In this document: one piece after another, positions 18,485 through 26,898 of the stretch | Layout of the letters: each line of letters starts with the position of its first letter | How positions within the stretch are numbered: position 1 is the first letter of the stretch | Assembly: GCA_030426955.1 (NCBI GenBank) | Contig: JAUHXS010000001.1 | Span: forward strand, 435,339-499,338 | Origin: Bacteroidia bacterium | Lineage (GTDB): Bacteria; Bacteroidota; Bacteroidia; Chitinophagales; JAUHXS01 | DNA: 64,000 nt | Direction: 5' to 3' | Notes under the pieces: generated by a model | The model's input: the letters and a program-made list of their open reading frames with translations, nothing else | What the model was told of the DNA's origin: nothing | Database searches by the model: none | Translations under genes and position numbers: made by a program

Positions 18485-20638
18485 ATGCAACGATTATACA
18501 CTAAATATTTATATGCGGCATTCGTTTTGTTTTTTACCCTATTAGCATGTAACTTATCTGCTCAGTCAAAAAAAGGCAACATATGGTATTTCGGCGACAG
18601 CTTAGGAGTAGATTTTAATACTGCAATACCAACTCCATTAACAGATGGTGTATTACTTAATGGATCCCCAGGAGGCTGCTCTTCGGGAACTCAAGGGGAA
18701 GGTTGTGCTTCCATTTCAGATAGTAATGGCAATATTCTATTTTATGCTAGTGGAACAACGATTTGGGATAGAAATCATATGGTTATGCCCGATGGTAATA
18801 GTTTAAATGGTAATCGGAGTACTACACAGGCAGTATTAATAACACCAGTAATAGATAGTGTCGACCAATATTATGTCTTCACACTAGAACATCAAGGGTT
18901 GCCAAATGGCTTACAATATAGTGTTGTAGACATGTCACTTCCTGGAAATGGAATATCAGATGGCGATGTAGTAACAGGCAAGAAAAATATTCCACTTTTA
19001 ACCCCAGTCGCCGAAAAGATCACAGCAATTTTGCATGAAGATCAGATCAGGTACTGGATTGTAGTGCACGGCTATGGAAACGACAATTACTATGCCTTTT
19101 TAATTGATGAAACAGGAATCAATACTACCCCTGTTGTTTCTACTATTGGAGATTCAGTTAGCACCACTTTAGAAAGCATAGGTCAGATGAAATCTTCCAA
19201 AGACGGAAAAAAAATAGTTAGTGCTATTAAGGGAAATGCTCCATTCACACCCATTGGAAGGATTGAGCTCGTTGACTTTGATAATTGTACAGGAGAGGTG
19301 TCAAATGCTGAAATAATTTCAAATTCTAATGCATCATTTTACGGTGTATCTTTTTCACCCAATGATTCTTTGATTTATGCTAATGATGAGCTAGGTGGAG
19401 TAGTTTATCAATACGATAGATATGCAGACACCATTAGAAATACTCAAACCATTGTTGGTAGCATTGGAGGGATTTCTATAGGCTCGATGCAGTTAGCACC
19501 TGATGGTAAAATATATATCGCCAATTTTTTGTTTAATGCACTTTCTACTATAGAAGACCCTAATAACAAATCTAATCCTAATGTTATTGACGGAAGCTTT
19601 CCATTAGGATCAAGATGCTCTATGATAGGGCTGCCTGATTTTTTTAATTATTATGACAAAGATACCCCAACATTCGATTTTGCAGGTCCAGATACTACCA
19701 TATGCCTTAATGATATGATCACGATAGGAAATCCTTTGTCTGATACATCCTTAAATTATTCATGGTCTCCGACTAACTCTCTGAGTGATCCAAATTCTTC
19801 GATTACACTAGCCATGCCTAATGCGACTACTCAATACATAGTTTCAGCAACTAATGCCTGCACCACAAAGCTTGACTCTGTAACAATAAATGTTGTCATC
19901 CCTTCATCCATAGGAATAGGGACAGACACCACGATTTGCTTAAATCAGGAAATTATGATAGGCAATGCGAATGCTGATACTAGCCTAACTTATATCTGGA
20001 CTCCTGATAGCAACTTAAACACACCTAATAACCCAACTACTTTAGCCAGTCCAATTACTACGACTACTTATATATTGACAGGGAGTGATACCTGTATAGC
20101 AACAATCGATTCAATTACCATATCCGTATCAACGTCGGATTCCATTAGTTTAGGAAATGACACAACGGTTTGCTTAGGAGATCAAGTAACACTTGTTGCG
20201 AATAATAAAGATATATATGAATGGTCAAGTAATTCTATAGTAATATCTTCGGATTCATTTGTCAATGTTACGATCAATTCAAACTTAAATATTCATTTAA
20301 AGACAACTTCCCCTTGCGGAGCAGACTCTACGAACAAAAATATATTTGCAGAAGATTGTACCTTGGAAACAATAGTATACATTCCAAATGCCTTTAGCCC
20401 TTATGATAATCATAATAATGTCTTTAAAGCATTTGGCGAAAACTTCACAATATTAGATCTATTCATTTACGATCGATTGGGGAACTTACTTTATCATGCT
20501 CAAAATGATGAGAGTGGCTGGGATGCTACAAATAATGATATCAGAATTAACCCTCAAGTTTATTTATATAGAATGATTATCGAAACCGTTGATCAAGAAA
20601 GAGAGGAGTTTACTGGAAATGTGACGTTGTTTTATTAA
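18485..20638 (+). CDS. T9SS type B C-terminal domain protein (beta-propeller-like N-terminal region, repeated G.DT.IC modules)
   Basis: Signal peptide. Four repeats of the G.DTTICLN...Y.W.P type. C-terminus IPNAFSPYDNHNNVF...FIYDRLGN...GNVTLFY. Confidence 0.7.
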   Translation: MQRLYTKYLYAAFVLFFTLLACNLSAQSKKGNIWYFGDSLGVDFNTAIPTPLTDGVLLNGSPGGCSSGTQGEGCASISDSNGNILFYASGTTIWDRNHMVMPDGNSLNGNRSTTQAVLITPVIDSVDQYYVFTLEHQGLPNGLQYSVVDMSLPGNGISDGDVVTGKKNIPLLTPVAEKITAILHEDQIRYWIVVHGYGNDNYYAFLIDETGINTTPVVSTIGDSVSTTLESIGQMKSSKDGKKIVSAIKGNAPFTPIGRIELVDFDNCTGEVSNAEIISNSNASFYGVSFSPNDSLIYANDELGGVVYQYDRYADTIRNTQTIVGSIGGISIGSMQLAPDGKIYIANFLFNALSTIEDPNNKSNPNVIDGSFPLGSRCSMIGLPDFFNYYDKDTPTFDFAGPDTTICLNDMITIGNPLSDTSLNYSWSPTNSLSDPNSSITLAMPNATTQYIVSATNACTTKLDSVTINVVIPSSIGIGTDTTICLNQEIMIGNANADTSLTYIWTPDSNLNTPNNPTTLASPITTTTYILTGSDTCIATIDSITISVSTSDSISLGNDTTVCLGDQVTLVANNKDIYEWSSNSIVISSDSFVNVTINSNLNIHLKTTSPCGADSTNKNIFAEDCTLETIVYIPNAFSPYDNHNNVFKAFGENFTILDLFIYDRLGNLLYHAQNDESGWDATNNDIRINPQVYLYRMIIETVDQEREEFTGNVTLFY

Positions 20639-20641
20639 TAG

Positions 20642-20729
20642 AGTAAGGATTATCAATAGCACTACTTACTTCCCCGCATTACAGGCGGGGGCGGGGGCGG
20701 TACTTTAAATGCTATCGATAATCTTTACT
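20642..20729. terminator. Long imperfect hairpin right after the stop codon, enclosing a G/C-rich core
   Basis: agtaaggattatcaatagc (20642-20660) matches the reverse complement of gctatcgataatctttact (20711-20729) at 17 of 19 positions. The core is ccccgcattacaggcgggggcgggggcgg. Confidence 0.5.
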
Positions 20730-20780
20730 GCAAAATAGATTCTCTTATTAAACACAAAATAGAAAAGAATAATACCATCT

Positions 20781-20810
20781 CAATTCCCTCCTATATCTAG
20801 GAGGGAATTG
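20781..20810. terminator. Probable bidirectional rho-independent terminator
   Basis: 11-bp perfect stem caattccctcc / ggagggaattg with an 8-nt loop. T-rich runs on both sides. It lies 12 nt beyond the stop of the minus-strand gene. Confidence 0.65.
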
Positions 20811-20822
20811 TGGTCTATTTTG

Positions 20823-22436
20823 CTATAAATCAGCCAACTTTTTATCCTCAGGATATTCTACGTAAAAGCTAAACTTTACCTTTTTAGAACTTGATGGCGC
20901 TAAATCTAGCTTCCATTTCAGCTCTCCTGTATTTTTATTGTAATGAGCTACTCCTGTCTCTTCAACCACTACCTTTATATCCTCATTAGAAGAAATTGGT
21001 ATTTGATCAAATAAATCAATACTAATGGCTGCACTCTTAGTATTTCTAACGGTCAACTCATATACAAAGCTTTCTCTCTTCTTAGTTCCAAAGATTCGTT
21101 TTTCTTCAAAATCTCTTAAACGATCTCTTTTAACAATCACACCTTGATCTCTTCCTAAAGAGAAGTTCAACGTATCTTCTGTTGCTTGAACATTTAAATG
21201 AGACTTCCCAACATAACTGTTCTCAAAGAATATATTAACAGGGCCAGATAATAGCTGGTAATCTTCCCATCCGCTTACTCTAGCCAGTAAGAAAGCATCT
21301 AAGTTCATTTTAGGAATAGCCAAATGCTCGTACTTAGCAGGCATTGTATAATTTTGAATGTCTACCAATTGTCTCTTATTGTTAGATGGTATTGTATATG
21401 GTAAACTAATCTCAAACTTAGTTGCCAAGGCACTCTCCGTTACTTGAGTATAGTCTGCTACAGTCTCTATTTCATCGTCATACGACATGCTTTCTTTTTC
21501 AGCAACACCATCCATCATGTATTGTGCACTTGCCGGTGCTGACTTGTACTTTCTATATTGCGGTCTGACAATTTGCTCATAAAAAGATAATCTCCAAGGC
21601 ACTAATTGTGGTGCATTACCTGCCCTAGAAGGATTACCGGTAGATAATGTCAACTGGATATTATCCCATGACTTACCCGAATTCTGCCATACATTAGCTT
21701 TATACATCAGGTTAGCATTACTATTGATATCATCGACTCGTAAATCGTACAAAGGGCTCCATCCAGCTTGGTATAAATAATATTTCAATTTCAAACTGGC
21801 ACTTCCAGCCTTCTTAGCAGATACCTTGACAACTATTTCGCCAGTTGGCTTATTTTTTTGTGCATTTAACTCTCTCAGCTGATTATTTAGCCGAGTAATG
21901 TCTTGATTGATTTCCTTGTCTTGTTTCCCAAACCTAGCAATCATTTTATTAGTTTCTGCTAATCGAGTTCTAAAAAAATCTGAAGCCTTTTGTAGCTCAG
22001 CAATAGACAAGCCAGTCTCCTCGCCTCCTATCTTTCGATTTTCAATGATCAATTTTTGCTCTTCTTGGTAAGCAAATTTTTGGGCTCTTATCAGATCTAG
22101 ATTATCTGACAAAAGATCAATGGAATCTCGTATAGAAATTATTCTTGGATCCTCTTTTCCCCTTCGGATGTAATTGGTACGAAAGGTAGCGGATTGTACA
22201 ACAATCCCTCCCATTCCAGAAACCTCAATAGTATTTGGGTCTATTGTAGTTGAAAGGTCTTCAAATATCAGCTCTGTAATTCCCGAACCTATTTGCACGT
22301 TGGCAGTGCGTTGTATTTCTGCTCCACGCAAATAAACTGTAGCTTCTTTTATTTTCGAAGCAATTAACTTTTCTGTATCTCCCCTGCTCACTTGAGCGAA
22401 GGTGATTATGCTTATTGCAATTATTAACTTTTTCAT
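20823..22436 (-). CDS. DUF4139 (MuiA-like) domain protein
   Basis: 537 aa with a signal peptide. N-terminal KEATVYLRGAEIQR segment, central coiled coil and a large C-terminal beta domain, as is typical of DUF4140/DUF4139 proteins. Confidence 0.6.
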   Translation of the reverse strand: MKKLIIAISIITFAQVSRGDTEKLIASKIKEATVYLRGAEIQRTANVQIGSGITELIFEDLSTTIDPNTIEVSGMGGIVVQSATFRTNYIRRGKEDPRIISIRDSIDLLSDNLDLIRAQKFAYQEEQKLIIENRKIGGEETGLSIAELQKASDFFRTRLAETNKMIARFGKQDKEINQDITRLNNQLRELNAQKNKPTGEIVVKVSAKKAGSASLKLKYYLYQAGWSPLYDLRVDDINSNANLMYKANVWQNSGKSWDNIQLTLSTGNPSRAGNAPQLVPWRLSFYEQIVRPQYRKYKSAPASAQYMMDGVAEKESMSYDDEIETVADYTQVTESALATKFEISLPYTIPSNNKRQLVDIQNYTMPAKYEHLAIPKMNLDAFLLARVSGWEDYQLLSGPVNIFFENSYVGKSHLNVQATEDTLNFSLGRDQGVIVKRDRLRDFEEKRIFGTKKRESFVYELTVRNTKSAAISIDLFDQIPISSNEDIKVVVEETGVAHYNKNTGELKWKLDLAPSSSKKVKFSFYVEYPEDKKLADL

Positions 22437-22555
22437 GTCTTTATATTTTTAGTTTTATTTAGTTTAATTCCGCGGTTTGATATATAGATGCTCGAATAAA
22501 TTATTTTCCATAAAACCGACATTAATTTTTTACAGGAAATCAAAAAAATAATTTC

Positions 22556-22563
22556 TACATTTG
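22556..22563 (+). promoter_or_regulatory. Bacteroidota-type -7 promoter box (TAnnTTTG)
   Basis: tacatttg lies just upstream of the riboswitch P1 strand. Confidence 0.5.
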
Positions 22564-22565
22564 TA

Positions 22566-22766
22566 ATGCATTGGTTTCCGAAATATCGGAACTAAGAGGG
22601 AATCCGGTGATTCGCCAGTTGGTGGAAAGTCCGGAGCAATCCCCGTTGCTGTAGTCCCGTTGCTCATTTGAGCATCATGATTTTTGAAAATCTAATACCA
22701 CTGTCCGCCAGCTGGCGGATGGGAAGGTTTCAAAAATCGGGAAAGCCAGAAGACCTGCCAATGTAA
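22566..22766 (+). ncRNA. Cobalamin (B12) riboswitch
   Basis: aagagggaatccggtg...tccggagc...ccccgttgctgtag core. B12 box gggaaagccagaagacctgcc. P1 pairing of cattgg (22568-22573) with ccaatg (22758-22763). Confidence 0.88.
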
Positions 22767-22878
22767 AACTGATTCGTAGCTTTCGGGAGAAAAGTGAGGA
22801 TAATACACAAAAAGTATTCTCTTAATTCCAATCCTGAGGTTATGATGATTATTATTTAATCATTTATAAACCTTAATT

Positions 22879-24726
22879 ATGTATAAAACATACAAACAAC
22901 TAAAATGCCTCATACTTAGCTGTATGGGCCTATTAATGGTAAACTCATCCTTTGGCACTGGGTTTTCCAGACAAGTGATCGTTGCCAATGGTGGCGTTTT
23001 TGGCGCTCCAGGAAATAAAGTAAAAATAGGCACCTATAATACTTCAACTAATTTATATGGCGTCTTTGACGAGTTTGATGGAAATTTTGTCAGTGATGTC
23101 ATTATTGACAACAATATTGCCTACATCGCGGCTAATGGTATAGTCATCAAATATAATATTGACAACTATAAAAAGCTAGCCTCTGTAAGCTTATCTGGGG
23201 CTGAGCACCTTACTATTTATAATAACCAACTAATTGTATCTAGAGGTTTTGGAGCCGACTCACAATATGTCCAAGTGTTAAATACTTCAGATTTATCATT
23301 GGATTATAGCGTGGACGAAATCACAGGACAAGCATCAGGAGTTGTAATATTAAATGATACAGCATACATTGGTGTAAAAGGTGATTGGCAAGCCACGACT
23401 GGGTCTGTAGCCATGGTAGATTTACAATCCGAATCTTATATTAGTGCAATAGATCTAGATACGCTCGGAAAAGGTATCAGCAAACTATATGCTTATAACG
23501 ATACCATATATACCTTCAATTCTATTCAATGGGATAGCGATTATGGTGTTGTTTCGCAATTTTACAAAGACGGTAGTGGTTTAAAAAGCACTATTATTGA
23601 TTTACACTTTGGCACTCCAATAGGCACTGACGGCGGATCTGTTTTTTTAGGATTAAATAATGCTGGAATTGGCAGTATAAAGCTTACCACAAAAATGGTA
23701 GAGGACACAACCATCATCTCAGGTAGTTTTGCAGGTGGACATTACGATGACAATTCTAACGTGATTTTCGTTTCTGAAACTGATTATGCTACATTTGGGA
23801 CGATAAGTATGTATAATTCTATTGGAACGCTTCTAGAGGATACTTCGGTAAATATTGCTCCTGAAGCATTGTATGCAGACACAAGAAGTGAAGCTTCTAA
23901 CAATCAACCGCTTTCTTTTGATCAAACGGTTCAAGTAACTTTTGAAACGACCTATCCTATCGATCTTTCAGCCACAATAAGCGATATAGATGGTGATACG
24001 TTGAGCATTGCCATTGTAACGGATGTACAAAATGGAACAAGCAGTTTAGATGAGTTTGAAATCACTTATACGCCAGATACAGATTTTAAAGGATTTGATA
24101 CTTTATGGTATAGTGTTTGTGATAATGGTACTGGAAACCTTTGTGATACATCAATGGTTGTTTTTGTTGTGAATGAAGAAAACATTGCACCTAATGCTGG
24201 TGATGATGTTGCAAATATTGACAACCTTGATTCTGTATTAATTGCCATTCTTAAAAATGACGCGGATTCAAATGACATGAATATTTTAACCGCTTCTATC
24301 GTAACAAACCCTGTAGAAGGAATGGCAGAGCTGATTAGCAATGATACCATCAAATATATTTCTACATCCGCTACCTCCACAGTAGATTCATTTACTTACG
24401 AAGTTTGTGACGATGGGCTACCATCGCTATGCGCCGAGGGAAAGGTAACCATTAACTTTATCGCAAACCCTTTTGTTGAAAGCATTAATAAGGAAACCTT
24501 AATCGCCTACCCTAATCCAACAAAAGGAACGTTCAACTTGCAGTTATCCAATGCAAAGCAAGATCAGTACTTAGTGAGCATTAGGACGCTAGATGGAAGA
24601 ATTGCTTATCAAGGTAAGATGAGCTCCACTGCTCAAATTGATGTGAGTCATTACCCAGTCGGTAGTTACTTAGTTTATGTTCAGTCTGATAACTATACTT
24701 ATCAAACAAAGCTGGTTAAGCAATAA
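22879..24726 (+). CDS. T9SS type A cargo: DUF5074/YncE-like beta-propeller region plus two cadherin-like domains
   Basis: Signal peptide. The N-terminal region resembles the 28861-29937 lipoprotein (VANGGVFG...). Two ~95-aa D-rich Ig-like repeats (DGDTLS..., AGDDVANID...). C-terminus YPNPTKGTFNLQ...GSYLVYV. Confidence 0.65.
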   Translation: MYKTYKQLKCLILSCMGLLMVNSSFGTGFSRQVIVANGGVFGAPGNKVKIGTYNTSTNLYGVFDEFDGNFVSDVIIDNNIAYIAANGIVIKYNIDNYKKLASVSLSGAEHLTIYNNQLIVSRGFGADSQYVQVLNTSDLSLDYSVDEITGQASGVVILNDTAYIGVKGDWQATTGSVAMVDLQSESYISAIDLDTLGKGISKLYAYNDTIYTFNSIQWDSDYGVVSQFYKDGSGLKSTIIDLHFGTPIGTDGGSVFLGLNNAGIGSIKLTTKMVEDTTIISGSFAGGHYDDNSNVIFVSETDYATFGTISMYNSIGTLLEDTSVNIAPEALYADTRSEASNNQPLSFDQTVQVTFETTYPIDLSATISDIDGDTLSIAIVTDVQNGTSSLDEFEITYTPDTDFKGFDTLWYSVCDNGTGNLCDTSMVVFVVNEENIAPNAGDDVANIDNLDSVLIAILKNDADSNDMNILTASIVTNPVEGMAELISNDTIKYISTSATSTVDSFTYEVCDDGLPSLCAEGKVTINFIANPFVESINKETLIAYPNPTKGTFNLQLSNAKQDQYLVSIRTLDGRIAYQGKMSSTAQIDVSHYPVGSYLVYVQSDNYTYQTKLVKQ

Positions 24727-24744
24727 TAAGTTTAGTGATTAATA

Positions 24745-24934
24745 GGCTTTCAAAATATTCTAAAACTCGTATCGTCACTGCGAGGTATCGAAGCCCGCCT
24801 GCCAAAGCTTGTCGAGCAGGCAGTCTCTTTATTGCAAAGTATAGATTGCTTCAACTCCCTGCCTTACTGGCAGGCAGATTCGCAATGACGAATTTGTATC
24901 ACTTTATTTAGAACTTTAGAATACTTTGAAAGCC
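24745..24934. repeat. Nested palindromic intergenic element, copy 2 (long form)
   Basis: Outer inverted repeat 24745-24767 / 24911-24934 (21 of 24 match). The same core as copy 1 (24773-24785 cgtcactgcgagg ... 24879-24890 ttcgcaatgacg), plus two extra G/C-rich sub-hairpins (gcctgc..gcaggc and cctgcc..ggcagg). Confidence 0.8.
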
Positions 24935-24965
24935 AACTTAAAGTAGTTCGATTAATTTATAAAAT

Positions 24966-26459
24966 ATGAGAAGCTTTGTTTTCATACTGTTATCAGCTCA
25001 AATTGTACTAGCGTATGCCAATAATCTAAAGATTACAAATCCTGTATTAGTAGATAGTCAGCACATAAAATGTGAAATCTCTTGGGAAAATAGCTGGAGT
25101 TTAGATACTATCACTCCCCATAACCATGATGGAATATGGCTATTTTTGAAAGCTTATGATGGTACTACTTGGTCACACTTAAAGTTATCATCAAATGCTA
25201 CTGATTATTCATTTAGTGACAGTCTTTCTTTAACGACTTATGATGACCAAGTGGGTATCATGCTTGCTTCCAATGTCAACGGCGCAGTCGATAAAACTCA
25301 CGTTACCATTAAGTTATCAGAAGCATTAGATGTGATCATTTCAGATATTAATATCTACGGTATTGAGATGGTTTATATTCCTGAAGACAGCTTCTATATT
25401 GGCGATAGTAGCTCTAACTATTGTTTTAAAACTGGAAATGATGGCACTCCTTTTCTAATTAATTCGGAAAACGAGATACCAATCGGCAACAATACTAACC
25501 AATTATCAGACACAGGAGAATACGCACCGGAAGATAATCTCTCTGCAGATTATCCTAAAGGTTATAATGGTTTTTATATCATGAAATATGAAATTTCTCA
25601 GGAGCAATACGTCGACTTTTTAAACACGCTCAATTACGCTCAACAAGCAGCTCGAACCGAATTACCACCCAATAGTGCATTTGGCACCAGGGTAATGACT
25701 TTAGGAACCAATACTTTTAGAAATGGTATCGTCATGATGAACAAGGGATTAGACAATACCAGACCTGCTATTTATGGTTGTGATGGAACTGAGGGAGGTG
25801 GACAAAACAAGTCTGATGATGGACAAAACAGAGCCTGCAATTATCTTGGGTGGGATGATGTTTGTGCTTATCTAGACTGGGCAGGGTTAAGCCCAATGAC
25901 AGAGTTGGAATATGAGAAAACAACCAGAGGGCCAAGCCATCCGACCTCTAATGAGTATGCTTGGGGCAATACCTTGATTGTAGATGCAAATGAATTGTCA
26001 GACGATGGATCTGCAAATGAAAAAGCCTTATTAAACAGCTTTAGTGATTCAGGCACTTGTAATTACAGAACAGAAAACATGGGTGACTCTATTCAAGGGC
26101 CTTACCGCACAGGTTTTGCAGGACATGACTCCTCTTCTCGTGCTCAAATAGGTGCTGGATACTATGGTGCATTAGAACTGAGTGGCAACCTATGGGAATT
26201 ATGTATTACCGTAAATACAGAAGGATTAGCGTTTGAAGGCAATCATGGAGATGGAGTATTAGATGCTAATGGAAGTGCCAACGAAATTGACTGGCCGGAA
26301 GGAACAGGAGCCGGACATCGTGGAGGTGCATGGAACAGTGGTATTGACTTTGCAGGGTTTAACGACTTGGCTATATCAGACAGAGAATACGCTGGACTTA
26401 ATCCGACCTTAAGGAGAAACACGACAGGTGGTAGAGGAGTTAGGAGATTTGAAGATTAG
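24966..26459 (+). CDS. Secreted SUMF1/formylglycine-generating-enzyme-fold (GldJ/EgtB-like) protein
   Basis: Signal peptide. Motifs YIMKYEISQEQYVDFLN, ACNYLGWDDVCAYLDWAGLSPMTELEYEK, GNLWELC and HRGGAWN. Confidence 0.7.
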   Translation: MRSFVFILLSAQIVLAYANNLKITNPVLVDSQHIKCEISWENSWSLDTITPHNHDGIWLFLKAYDGTTWSHLKLSSNATDYSFSDSLSLTTYDDQVGIMLASNVNGAVDKTHVTIKLSEALDVIISDINIYGIEMVYIPEDSFYIGDSSSNYCFKTGNDGTPFLINSENEIPIGNNTNQLSDTGEYAPEDNLSADYPKGYNGFYIMKYEISQEQYVDFLNTLNYAQQAARTELPPNSAFGTRVMTLGTNTFRNGIVMMNKGLDNTRPAIYGCDGTEGGGQNKSDDGQNRACNYLGWDDVCAYLDWAGLSPMTELEYEKTTRGPSHPTSNEYAWGNTLIVDANELSDDGSANEKALLNSFSDSGTCNYRTENMGDSIQGPYRTGFAGHDSSSRAQIGAGYYGALELSGNLWELCITVNTEGLAFEGNHGDGVLDANGSANEIDWPEGTGAGHRGGAWNSGIDFAGFNDLAISDREYAGLNPTLRRNTTGGRGVRRFED

Positions 26460-26487
26460 AAAATTTTAAGGTTTAAAAATTATAAAA

Positions 26488-26898
26488 TTGAAAGATTATA
26501 AATTTTGGTTAATAGTATTGTTAACTATTAACTATCAACTATTAACTAAAAACTGTTCCGCTCAATCCGCTTATCATGGTGGCAGTGGTGATGGATATAG
26601 TAAAGCGTCAATCAACTTACAGGGAACGAATATTAAAACGATTCAACCTAATGTGATTGAGATATACCCCAATATCATTAGCAACACAGATCGTATTATA
26701 CAGATTAAAAATACTTCTTCAAAAGTATATGAGATCAAGATTATAACGATCGATGGACAGGAGATTTTTCATCAAAATCAGCTTCAAGGAAGTCAGACAA
26801 TTAGATTGCCTCAAATAGCAACTGGACAGTATTTCTTAAATCTAATTCATGAAGGACACCAGGATGTCTTTACGGATAAAATAACCTTCATTGACTAA
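26488..26898 (+). CDS. Small T9SS type A C-terminal domain protein
   Basis: TTG start and a signal peptide ending CSAQ. Short YHGGSGDGY segment. The rest is a Por-type sorting domain (IYPNII...GQYFLNL). Confidence 0.55.
   Translation: MKDYKFWLIVLLTINYQLLTKNCSAQSAYHGGSGDGYSKASINLQGTNIKTIQPNVIEIYPNIISNTDRIIQIKNTSSKVYEIKIITIDGQEIFHQNQLQGSQTIRLPQIATGQYFLNLIHEGHQDVFTDKITFID

Noticed and set aside
26443-26480. Possible additional 7-nt periodic tracts here and at 28867-28894 and 56378-56400
   Set aside because: The periodicity is visible but degenerate and lacks an invariant triplet. The 28867 tract is partly coding. The evidence is too weak to count these as members of the AGG-heptad family without a statistical scan.
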